From Catajapyx aquilonaris (lineage: Eukaryota), in contig KZ538616.1 in NCBI GenBank assembly GCA_000934665.2, positions 1 to 58,748 of the forward strand: a DNA stretch of 58,748 bases. Reading direction: 5' to 3'. Shown piece after piece: positions 47,501-58,748 of the stretch (the stretch's first letter is position 1; each line of letters opens with the position of its first letter). The notes below the pieces were generated by a model. The model was not told the DNA's origin, searched no databases, and worked only from the letters and a program-made list of their open reading frames with translations. A program made the translations under genes and the position numbers.

Positions 47501-50500
47501 GGTAATGTATTTTTTAAATATATTAGGGAGTGGGGTGGATTTGCAATTTGTAGGCCAAAATCGGAACATGATCTCGGGTCATTGAGTTTGGTTCGTAATT
47601 AATTTTGGGAGGTGGTGATAGCTCAGGCTGGGTCGTCTCCTAAATCCCGTCTGAAACCCCTACATCTCCCACGCCCAACAGCTCTTAGATAAGACGCGGG
47701 GAGATGGATGGTGAGATTGCTCCTTCCAACTCCCCAAATTAGTAGGCTGTGATCTCATCATGCACATGTTTTATTCCAGTACTCATTAAGTGCACGTAGG
47801 GCTATCATGGACGATTCATTCCCGGGTGATGTACAGTTGTGGTGAAGGGACATGTAGATAAATTTTGGTAATTTAAGGCCCAAAAGGGCGCACTATTAGT
47901 GCAGTTTGCGTCTGTTAGACTGCGATATGGTGACGTTTGTGGGTATGGGTTGAATAAGGCTGGGTTGATAAACATTAGGCGTGTAAAAATATTTCCTATG
48001 TAGTCCAGTAATATAATTTGCTAAATTTGGCCATCTCAGAAACATTTTCTGCAGCACTACCGTATTTCAATAATTTTATTTATAATGTTGCGATTACACA
48101 TTCATTTCAATACGGTCGCATAATTATCGTAAAAGTGTTTATTTTTTTAAATGTAAAAATATATTTTGCAGGTGGCTTGGTGGGAGTGCTAATGCTATCG
48201 GATTTTCTACACTTTCCAATACGTTTTGACGGATGTACCATTTTGCATTACAACAATTCGATTCCTGGATATATTCTTTTGCACAAAAAAAGAGAAGAAA
48301 GCCTATGAGTTGATATGGCAACGTCGACCTTTCCTGCCCCCGGTCCAACCACCACAACCCGTAGTCTATAGCCAGGCTCCCATTGTGATCCAGGCGACGA
48401 TCTCATTTTCCTGGCTTGACGGATAGACGAGGGGCGAAATTGTGAATTGTCCGTCATAAGTCTTCGTTTTGTTTCGGCAGAAGGAAAGGCCAGGCGAAAG
48501 GCCGGGATCCCTTCCCCCCAGCGGATTCGACCCACCTTCATAACTCAGTCAGACTCTCTTTCCTCCTAATCGCCTTTATATAGAGCCGACCAGTCCGTTT
48601 GGATTTTCTCCGGGAGATGGAAGGAATCGAGTTCCGCACACTCTTAAACGTCCGCAGCAGCAAGGGGGGGGGGGGGGGGNNGGGGGGGGGTGGGGGGGGG
48701 AAGGTCACGGGGAGACTGACATTTTGACCCGCTGGCATTGCCTTGCCGATGGAGATTGCAGCCATTTCTGAGGAAACGCAGAGGGACACGATTTGATTGG
48801 AATTTTGTTCTTCAAATTCAGTGCAGTTAAGTCAGCAGACGTGCTATCCACACCGAATGCCAATTGTTTTATGGAACAGAAAATAATAATTTTCTGCTGA
48901 TATTAGATGGAGTGCATTCCTATGCTTATTAATATTTTATGCGAAAATATCACATTCAGTGAAACAATTAGTCATCACGACATGCCCCTATATAAAATGG
49001 TAGTCAGGGACTTGTAAAAGACCCATGTAAAATAATTTAGGGTCAATAATTTACGTACATAAATATAGGTACTTCATTTAATGACATAATCATCGTGTAA
49101 ATTATTACTTGAATAATTTTGGACAGCCTTCAGCATTAAAGCAACAATACTAATCGCTTGTAAAAATAACAATTGCTACTCATACGATAAGCAATACTAA
49201 TTTACTTCAAACCAAACGCACTCAAATTATCTTCAGATCAACATCCACACACAAATTCTAAGAATAAGGGCCCTCCAATGTTTACATAATCTCCTTGAAA
49301 TAACCATGATTGACAATCTTGGCCGTCTCCACCTCCTATAAACCGATTCATGATTCCGGAGCGCATCTCAGACATTTTGGGGGTCCCCAGAAAGGACACA
49401 AAAAGTGTGTGGTGGTGGGGACCCCACGTAATTAGATGATAGTGGAATTGTGGTGCATGGCGAATCCCGGCCCCTCGCAGCGTTTTGACGCGTTAAGCAG
49501 GGCGCCTTCGGACTGAGCAAGAGTTAGTGAAGCGGGCGGCCGTCCTGGAAAAGACCCCCGATCAGAAAGTGTAGATGGCGTTGGGGAAAAAGTGAGGCCA
49601 ATGAGGAGATCGACGGCCTGAGTCACGTCAGCGGGGATTCATAAAGCAATAAGCAGATTTCAGGGAGGTAGGTTGGGGACTGGGAAAGGGAGAGATGTCA
49701 AGGCATATAGGAGGACCTTCCCTCCTCCCAATAAAGCTGACGAGGGGGCGGACCGGACCGGACAGGTGTTTAATTTGGCGTTACGAGCGGGCGGGGTAGG
49801 CGCCCCTGGCATAAGTTCCAATTTGAGGTCTCAACGGCGGCTCGGCTCATGACGGCCTCCGCGCGATTCCCCCGCCATTTGGATGGAGGAAGGGAAGGCC
49901 AATTGTCACCGAGGAGACAGACCCCGACTGATGAAGAGATGCGAGGAAACGAGCCGGCACACCAGCCCACCCAACCCTCACCATCCCCCCCTGCCTGGAT
50001 GCTACCCGTAAAAACCTGGCGAGGGCGGGTCAAAGCCAAGAGGGGTTGCCAGACTGTGAGGGGGGATTGACCTCAGGATATGGATTCATTGGATGAACAC
50101 TGATCGGTTGATATCATAATCATGGGCCATCGACACTTCTGATTTGGAAATTTGCAAACAGTGCTGAAATGTACATCAGCAAGAAAAAAAATGTTATTAC
50201 ATGCTGCCATTTCTGTTGGATTTGCTTAAATCGTTAGCCTACTGAAGCAATTACAAAGCGAAACATTTAATCATCTCAAATAGTTGCAATTCCATTCTTA
50301 AAATACGAACTCACCTCCTGCGCCTCCATTTGACAAAGTGTTCCGACAAACATTCAGATAGTAACAATGCAATATAAGTCAATTTAGGTTACGCTTAAGC
50401 AAGCCCGGCAACAATCTGTTCGCTCCTAACCTTTACGAGAGACAAATACGGGGCCATTTGTCAATGAAAGAGGGGGTTATGCATACATGGGGCTCGGGGG

Positions 50501-51554
50501 CTCCAGCCCTGAAAAAAAAACCACCCTCCCCGCCATAAAAACATTCCATTCCCGCCCCCGAAGAGCTCGTTTGGCGGTTCATGAAAGGCTGAGGGAATCA
50601 CCTGCAAGTTTCGCAGGTCGTCGCATCTTCTCTACTTGTCTCCCACCTTATATATATAGGAAGAGCACTGTACACCCCCCTTTTCCCTATCCCACCCACG
50701 TCCTCTTCCTTCTTCTTCTTCTTCTTCGTCTTCCTTCCCCCCCTTTCCTCCCCACTGCTCCTTCCTTCCTTCCTTCCCAAGTTCCAGTCTGCTCCACTCC
50801 ACGCCTCGGTTTAATTTCCAGGGATCCGCGAAGGAAAGGTGGGCAGGAATGTTAATTAAAGAGGAGAATGGAGGCGATCCAAGGCTTGTATAATTAGGCG
50901 ACGGGTCAGTCTCTTCGCTTTCTCTTGGGGGCTGCGGCTGCTGTCGTCTTTTCGCCCGTTGCCCGGGTGACGACAGACTGTCTTACCAACTTCGGATGGG
51001 GGAGGAAAATCAATGGGGGGCAATGAGGGAGGATCATCCTGGGGGCACGACTTTTGACTTCGGAGGATTGGTCTTCAGGTGTCAGGAAAGGGGGTTCGGA
51101 GCATGAACTATATGCACACAAAGGTTTGAATAATTGTGTGACTAATTTGTGATGTACGTGTTTATTAATTTCATCAGTCTGATCGCCAATTGAGGCGTTG
51201 ACATGGAAAAAGGAAGAAATGTGAATTTTAAAAAAGTAACCTACATTTAAATGTTAAACCCATAAACTGCTTTTACTTTGACTTTTCATGACTTTTTTGT
51301 AACATATCCGACAATGCGAAATATTTTGTGTGATAAAATATGCTTCACCGTTTTCTAAAAACTGTTTTTTTTTAAATTAGCCCACGTAAAAAAATTATTT
51401 ATTTTCCCCATATCAACACCCCAATTTATTATTAATACATATGTGCATGTTGTCCTATGTGTACATTTGTTAGATTTTTATTCATTATATTATTTATTCA
51501 TTTGCTCATAAAATATTAACAAATTTAACAAAAAATAATGCAGGCATATTTGTA

Positions 51555-51771
51555 CGTTGTTATCCAATAATGAGTCAACCCACATGAGACCAGTTTTGAT
51601 AAAAAGGGCTTTGAAGGTCATACTTGTGAAATTAATTCAGTGTTTTTTTCTGTCATTTATGACAGAAGTATGCAGATTTCGCCAACGTGATTTTAACTGG
51701 ATGAAGTACTGTTCCTGGGTTTAACTCAATTTTGACATTTTTGTGGGTTGACTCATTATTGCATAATACAG
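51555..51771. mobile_element. Tc1/mariner-type MITE, ~217 bp
   Basis: 30-bp TIRs: CGTTGTTATCCAATAATGAGTCAACCCACA vs TGTGGGTTGACTCATTATTGCATAATACAG, with a perfect inner 20-bp match. TA on the left flank. Confidence 0.8.
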
Positions 51772-53092
51772 TCCATTTGGTTTAAGAGAATCACCTACTT
51801 TTAGCTAGTTACATGTCATGGGGGAAAAAAGTATTATTTTATTATCGAGGATCTAAAAATCGGAGTTGATTATTTTGATATCCAGCGGCACATTACAGTG
51901 TTACACGCACCTATAACTTGATGGCACACTACATAAATGCACGTGGATGGATTTAAAACTTCACTAAGACCAAGCACAGGATTGTGACGGCTAAAAAAAA
52001 AAAACCCTGATAATGCACCCCGTGATATTCCATTACGCCGACACTTCATAACGTTGAGCCCAAACGTGGATTAAGGTGTCGACACCTGACCAGGTGCATT
52101 AATCCCGGCCCTTTTCAGTCCCCGCATCGTCAAAAATCCCGCGAGCCACAAGTGAGCCCACAGAGAGAAGGGGGGGATGGAGGAGAGGGGAATGAGGGAG
52201 GGAGGGAGGGGAATAACAGGGGCTGCTGTTTTTGCGGGACCCGAGGAGATGTACGTATTAGAGAGATCGCATTAGTGTCTTTCACCAGCATAGTGCAAGC
52301 CTCTTTTTGAGTCTGTTTTTTCGCCCTTAGCTCTCTCCGCATAATGTCAGCTCTATCTTATGGGATTCGTGTTACCGGACGTGGATTAGCAACTCCCCTC
52401 GCATAGTTAAAACGGGCGGCCATCTTTGCAAATTTGTTTCTCTTTGTAGCGTGGACGCCATTTGTCCGTTTACACGCCGGGGGGCATTATTTAGAAATTC
52501 ATTGAGAAGGGCTTGTGGTTCAGCATAGGGGTGGGGTTGGGCCTCGATGTTGTGTCAACTATTAGTGCAGGCGAGAAATACCATGGAGGGCGACAAACCA
52601 TCCGGCCCATTGGACCGCACTCTTGTTCGCGGCCCCAATCCGAGGCTGCTGGCATCATCCCGACGCCTGCCTGAAATTCAACGGCTGCACCCCCCCCGTT
52701 AATTGCTCATGTTTATTACAAACCTTCCTGCATACATGCTTTGGGCCTTTCATAGCCTTGAATGGCGCTCGTCCATATGTATCTTTCATCCGTTGTCCCC
52801 ACGACAAAAATGAGGCTGTCGCTTTTTTATATGCGCGAATCTGGCCTCAAAAAAGGTAGCGCCTGTTATTCCTGAAATTGTTTGCAACATGCCTGTAGGT
52901 AGTGTAGGCTATAGCCTATATCTTACATAATCAAGCAGTATGTACGTGAAACCTAACCCACTTTTAGACTCCTGACAGTAATAGGGCTGAAACGTGGCAC
53001 AGTGATGGTTTATGTGCCTCTGCTGATTGAGTAAAAAGTCAGAAAGCTGCACTTTTAGACTTTTTCGAAGCTGTCTGTCTGCGGACAGGTAT

Positions 53093-53331
53093 CAGACAGA
53101 CAGACAGAGCCGTGCTATAAGACTTTTTTCGAGCCCCCCTGGCTGCCCCCTCCCTCCACCACCCCCGACCCCTGACCGCCCTTTCCCCCCAGACCAGACA
53201 AACAGACAGACAGAGCCGTCCTATAAGACTTTTTTTTTTCAAATTTCGGGTTCCGGGTTCACTCTATCCGTCCCTTCCCCCTGGCTGCTCCCTCCCCATC
53301 ACCCCATCCCCCTGACCGCCCATTCTCCTCC
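53093..53331. repeat. Diverged tandem duplication of a ~100-135 bp unit with a (CAGA)n head
   Basis: CAGACAGACAGAGCCGT[G/C]CTATAAGACTTTTTT ... CCCCCTGGCTGC ... CCCCTGACCGCCC occurs twice in the same order. The second unit carries an extra ~35-40 bp. Confidence 0.8.
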
Positions 53332-56300
53332 TGAGATCACCCTTTCTCCCCTCTCAGTCCAGTGACTGACGTTGAGGACAATATAGCAGTAAACATGAAA
53401 AAGTCGACTCTAATCACTCTCACGTGATTTTCCAACCTTGTTTTTGAGTCTGAATACCCAAAATTTAGGATTTTTCTAATCAATAATATTTCTAGGGTTT
53501 GCTCCAATTGAATTTTCTATCAGCATTATGGTCATTGATCTCTCACACCGTACATTATCAAAGTACCGTACATTAAAAATGAACCAAGTACAGTACGAAG
53601 CAGTACCTTGTACTGTGGGATTCCTTATGGGAAATAGTAGCCTGCACCACAAATTGGCACTGGAGAAAGGTAGACCCTAAGGTTTCCGCTCATTCGAAAT
53701 GCGGCGGGAAGCTGGCCATGTCCCATGGTGGACAGATCCCCCACCATGTCTCTATACCTCTCTGGCTCTCTCCTGGTCCCGAATGTGAAGACCGACCGAC
53801 CATTACACACCCCCGTACTTCCCCCAAAATTTTATTGCGTCACAGTTGGCCACAGAGTGGGACTTACGACCTTCTGGTTTAGTCATCCTGACCCATAAAC
53901 GTAGGGCGCGCCTCTAATTCATCCCCCGATAAAATTCCGCAGGCGAATTCCTGTCCCGAAAGAGTTTAGAGAGTGGGGATGTACTCAGTCGAAAAAAAAA
54001 CTAGTGGGGGAAGGCAGGGTAGGGAATGGGGAGGGTTGGAAAAAAAAAAGACGAACTTCATTTTCATTTTCTCCCGTTCGCACGCGCCACCGTCATTGTC
54101 AATTTGGCGGCGTTAACACTATCATTCAGAGCCACATTCGTCCATTTACTACTGTATTTACCTCCTCATTTACTACTCTCTCCCCTCCACAGTCGCAGGC
54201 CGTTTCGAGAGGGCAAGGGTGGACATAAAGTGAGGGCCAAGGGGCAAGGGGGAAAGATAAATAAATAAATTTAACAAACAACAAAAAAAAAAGGTTCCAA
54301 GTCTTTGGAGAGCAGGAGGGAATTCCTAGGACATGATGGCCAAATTACACCCACTGGCCTTTTGGGATGACTCAAGTTAATAGGCTATCCTGCAGGCTGC
54401 CCCAATATCGCATTACTTGTCACTGACTTTATTGCATTATTAAAAGGCGAGCACCGAATGGCCCCTACTCTGCTGTATTATTATTTATTAGTTTTTTTGG
54501 GGTAACGGCTAAGTAAACGGGGAGGAGAGACGTTGCACCTGCTACAGAGGGTAGTCTTACTGTGCAGTAAAGTGGCAATCACAACTCATACAAGGGGCCA
54601 TAATCAGGATGTAAAACTTACGAAATGGCCATTACCGAGTGAAGGTACCTTTGTGCGAATTGCAGCAAGTTATAGGCTTTAAGTGGTACATTGTATCTTG
54701 TCACGCTCGATATGTAGTCATCCCCTCCAAAAAATAGTAAGGTTGTAACCAGTCTGTCGGATGGTTTACCTTGCCTCGCACGCCAATAGGCGTTAAATGG
54801 CTAATTTCATTCCGAGTGTATCCCGTGCAGCCGTCGATGGGCAGCCCAGCTTCCAACTGGAGGCATGACAGGAATAGCACCATAGAACGCAGCCTTCTCA
54901 CCCTGGCCTCACCCATGAGCTGCATGGGAGGGGCAAGTAAAATGGGGGGAAAGTGTGCAGGGTGGTGGTGGTTTTGGAGGGAGGAGGGAGGGAAAAGAGG
55001 AGGGGGGAGGGAGGGAGAATGCTGGAAAACGATGCAAATTTCATTACTTCGCACTGTCCGGTCCCAACTCCCTGCACTAAATGTTAATATCCCGGACCAA
55101 AGCCGCAGTCGTAAAGTAGGAAGCCCAGATGTTGACGAAATAAACATGTCATTGCGGGCCAGGGCCATGACAGCCTCCCAGCGCCGGTGCTGGCAGCGCA
55201 AAAGGCTCAAAACTATACTGGAGGGACCACACTGGGGTGGGGCGGTTATGATATCGCTTTTGCTACAGAGATAATCCTGCCAGAGACATCTTACTCTTGC
55301 AATTTGCGACGGAACTTCACTCAAAAAAAAAGTTCCAAGAAGAAAGGTAACGCGTGTGACTGGTGTGAGGTGTCTGAATATGGGAAATGTACTTCCTAAT
55401 GCATAAATGCTGGTCAGATGATTCAAAATGGTGCCACAAACTGCTGCAATAGTTCGCAAAATTCGAATAGTAAAATGATCAGTTATTCATTTTTTTTTTA
55501 ATCTGATAGCAACAGGGTGCCAAGTGTGGGCTTTCAGTCACCTTCAAACAATCTGAAAAATTAATGGTTGCCTTTTCCGTCGTCCACCATAAACATGGCC
55601 TATGTATTCTGAAAATTTATTTCCAGGAGGGTATGTCTCTTCCAATTAAGGGTGTTGGGTTCCACTACGCGCACAGCTCACTTTATGAACCTCGTAATAA
55701 CTAGCCTCTCCCCCCCACCGCCTCACCCAACTTTCATCTTTTTGCACCGCATTGAAATTTACAGTGGCTGTAATATGGATGCAAACAGATTCGCACAGCG
55801 TTTTGTCACGTGGCGGTGGCGTGGGTGGGGGTAAGGGGGGTGGGGTGGAACAAAAAAAAAATCCGGAGAGTGTAACCCCGGACTGGTTTATCTGGTTCTT
55901 TCCATCTGCTCATCCGGTTATGAGTTACGTCGCTTTTGTCGCTGTTTAACATCCGCGAGCCGAGTTTGTTTTTAGAGCGTCCCTGGGACTTTGTAATGTG
56001 TTTTCCTCACCAGTTGGCGCCGAGTTACGTCAGGAATGTCCACACCGGGCAATACCTGATGTGGGCTTTTTGATTTGTGATTATTGCCCGTGTCGGAGGA
56101 CCGCGAATAAAATGGCCAGGACATAACCCGGTGGTCCCTATCTCAAGTGACTACTAGAATTTAGAATACGTATTTAGTAAAAATGTATAGATCCCTGGGC
56201 TGGAGCAGTTACAACACGTGCACACAATGCAACCTAGCAATGCTATTTCTTTTTAAAGGCGAATACTGCTCAAACGGTGCAAATTGGCCGTGTGAAATGA

Positions 56301-58031
56301 AGCGGAGACAGCAGACATCCGTTTGATAAATTTGTGACGTGAATTATGCAAAGTGGGAATGAAGTGGGCCTTGTTAGGCAGAGACTTTGCGGGTTGGTAA
56401 GATGTGATGGGATGAGAGTTAGCTTTTCCATCACTCTGTCTCTACCCTCCCTCCCTCTTGGAATGTACTTGGAGAGAGGCCGTTTCTCCCTCCTCCTCCT
56501 CCTTCCCCCATCTCTTGCTCCAGTGCTGACTCTGCTAGCTGTTTACTTCACAGCTTTCCTAATTCCCTTCTTATCGTCTGAGCCCAGCTATATAGGCTGG
56601 CCGGATTCATCGTTCGACGAACTTTTCTGACTTGCTCTTATTTCGGACTTTTGAGGCTTGCAAGATCAGGAGAGAGAGAGAGAGGTCTTCCTCCCCTCCT
56701 CCTCCCTCCCCCTTTTCTCCAACGGTGCCTCTCGCGCTTTTCTCTCGTTCTCTCCCTGCCCCTATCAGTTCTTATTGCCCACAATTTATGTGCCGTAATT
56801 TGTTCCATATCGGGGGCCTAGCACTTAGCCCAGAATTAATTCCTGCTCCCTTAGATTCTCGTGTCATTTACTCCTAGTTGCTTCATGGACTTGATATGGA
56901 ATAAATATCTAAGTTGGGCAGGGTATGTAAATGAGTTCATTTCACGTCAGGACCCTGACTCATGATACTATTCAAACAATTTGTGACTCGAAATACCATT
57001 AAAATCTCTCTGGAAGATGCGTAAATCAGGCTTTGTATCTCCCTGCGCGAAACTCCCACCCTGCCCCCACTCCCCTGTTCCTCCCTCCCTCCCTCCCGTC
57101 CTGAAACTTTGCAGCCAAGCCCGGCTATCAAGTTAGGCAAGCTTTAATTGCCTCAAGATTTCAATTAACCAGTCTCACAAATCAAACAACTTAGTGGCGA
57201 CGGAGGTAAGAGGGGAAAATGTGCAGACTTTAAAGGGGCTACTAGATCATACACTGCGGATATACAGAACGGGAATAATTGCATACGGGGGAGCAAGCCA
57301 AGGGCTAATTGGAAAAGGAAAGGAGAATGAACGAGGCTCATAAAGTACGTTTCAGGAGCGAATAGGCCTCATCTAGGCCCCCGTGAAAACAATGAAGGAA
57401 TCAAGGTTCTGCATAACAGCTTCACTCCATTGCATCGTTTCGGGGGAATATATATCATGATATTACAAGTCAAGCGCCGGGTAATCTATCCTTTTCGGCT
57501 TAAAAGCAAGAGGGGGGGACCCCCGGCCCCTGGTTTCAATAGCACCGAGAGAAGGGGGGGATGGGATCTGTTGGCATTCCTGAGCTCCTCTTGCATACCC
57601 TGCTTGTGCCGGCGCGTCTTTAGCGCAGCCCCTGCGAACAAAGGGCTTTCTGCTCCCAAGCGGAGAAAAAGGTGAAGCACACCTCCCATTACAGTTTCTG
57701 CTGGCCACCAGCCCTCTCATTCATTCATTAAATATTATCGCATGCTGGGACGCAATTGGACCGCCCCCCTACGACGCTGGTCGCCGTTGAATAGGGTTGG
57801 GTCCAAGCGAGCTGCTTCTCCGTCATGTCTCGGCCATCGGTTCAGGTGCATTGTGAGAGAGGGGGGATACTCTTGCCCTCCCTTCGCCCCTGAGGGAATG
57901 GATGCGTAGGGTCACGCGACATATCAGCCCCTGGGTGCATGACCGTTCTTTATGCTGGCGGGGACTAAACGGGCTCACACTCATCACACTTCTTGGAGGG
58001 AGAGACTGGAGAGCAGGGAATGGGACCAGGC

Positions 58032-58100
58032 TTGGTGTGGTCAGCTTTGAAGTGACCCATGTGGTNTTGGTGTGGTCAGCTTTGAAGTGACCCATGTGGT
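58032..58100. repeat. Exact 34-bp tandem duplication joined by a single N (likely assembly artefact)
   Basis: TTGGTGTGGTCAGCTTTGAAGTGACCCATGTGGT at 58032-58065 and 58067-58100, with N at 58066. Confidence 0.85.
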
Positions 58101-58332
58101 CTTTAGAAGTCAGCTGCGGACGTGGGGTGGAGATGTGACATTGTAGAAAAATATTTCTTAAGGGATCTCTTCCGTACACCTTAGCGACGAAAATCGCTAA
58201 AATTACAATCATTCGCGGGGAAGAGTTGAATTGCTGCAGACGAGGATGGGCGGGCCAGTACCCAAGTAGCGGTCCAAAACAGCTGGGAGGAATACTTATT
58301 AACGAGAGAGGTGAAATTTTAAAATATTTTAG

Positions 58333-58365
<33 letters not shown>

Positions 58366-58372
58366 TCAATCA
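58333..58372. repeat. (TCAA)n microsatellite
   Basis: About nine TCAA units read directly from the sequence. Confidence 0.92.
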
Positions 58373-58748
58373 GCCCAGATACCATCTGTGAGTTAAAAGT
58401 GATCAGCAAGTCCGACACCTGCCATCAAAAGTATGTAGGCCTATATATCAAAAGTTGTTAGAGGCTAATATTTTGTAGACCCATCATTTTTGAATCATAC
58501 AGTAGGGTTTGGCCGAGGTTTGGCGGACAAAACTAGGATCTGTATTGTTGATTTTGTATGCCTGTATTATTATTGTTCTATTTGCAATCGGGAATCCATT
58601 GCGTTTTGTAGCTTGGACAGATGAGTCAATTCGGACTAATGTTATCAGCTACTACTGCAATACTGAAATGAAGTGTGCAATAGTAATTGCTTAAAATAAA
58701 CAGCTTAGTGCCGAAGAGTAGGCTCTTCTAAGGAGGGGAGGGGGGGGG

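Noticed and set aside
54701..55459. 252-aa minus-strand and 167-aa plus-strand ORFs
   Set aside because: Non-ATG starts, they run through a polypurine tract, and they show no recognisable family motifs.
58032..58100. CRISPR-like or biological 34-bp direct repeat
   Set aside because: Only two identical copies, no spacer, joined by a single N. This is typical of an unmerged contig overlap in a eukaryotic assembly.
1..58748. Conserved insect miRNAs (miR-10, iab-4, miR-993, bantam, miR-263, miR-137) and homeobox exons
   Set aside because: Looked for by eye and found only short partial matches (e.g. 5493, 17851, 53655) with no hairpin context. Short exons of a host gene cannot be excluded without transcript data.

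Overview
This is eukaryotic, most likely insect, draft genomic DNA; the basis is an arthropod-type LDH sequence and insect-type SINE and MITE families. The window is almost gene-free: GC-rich islands with many poly-G/poly-C and polypurine tracts alternate with AT-rich, transposon-derived stretches, as in a large intron or regulatory gene desert. The only credible coding sequence is an intact, intronless 332-aa L-lactate dehydrogenase paralogue (29266-30264, +). It keeps the NAD-binding fold and the substrate-binding Arg106/Arg169/Thr248, but the catalytic His193 is Gln and the active-site Asn138 is Thr, so it is a candidate pseudo-enzyme retrogene. Repeats include a tRNA-derived SINE family (one full-length copy with a 16-bp target-site duplication (TSD) nested inside a mariner-type MITE, and one copy cut at a piggyBac-like end), a 5'-truncated retroposon 3' end that shares the SINE tail, several MITEs and foldbacks, and a diverged tandem duplication. 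Candidate CTCF-like and TALE-homeodomain (Hth/Meis) sites are also present. All family assignments are from motif recognition by eye; no database searches were run.
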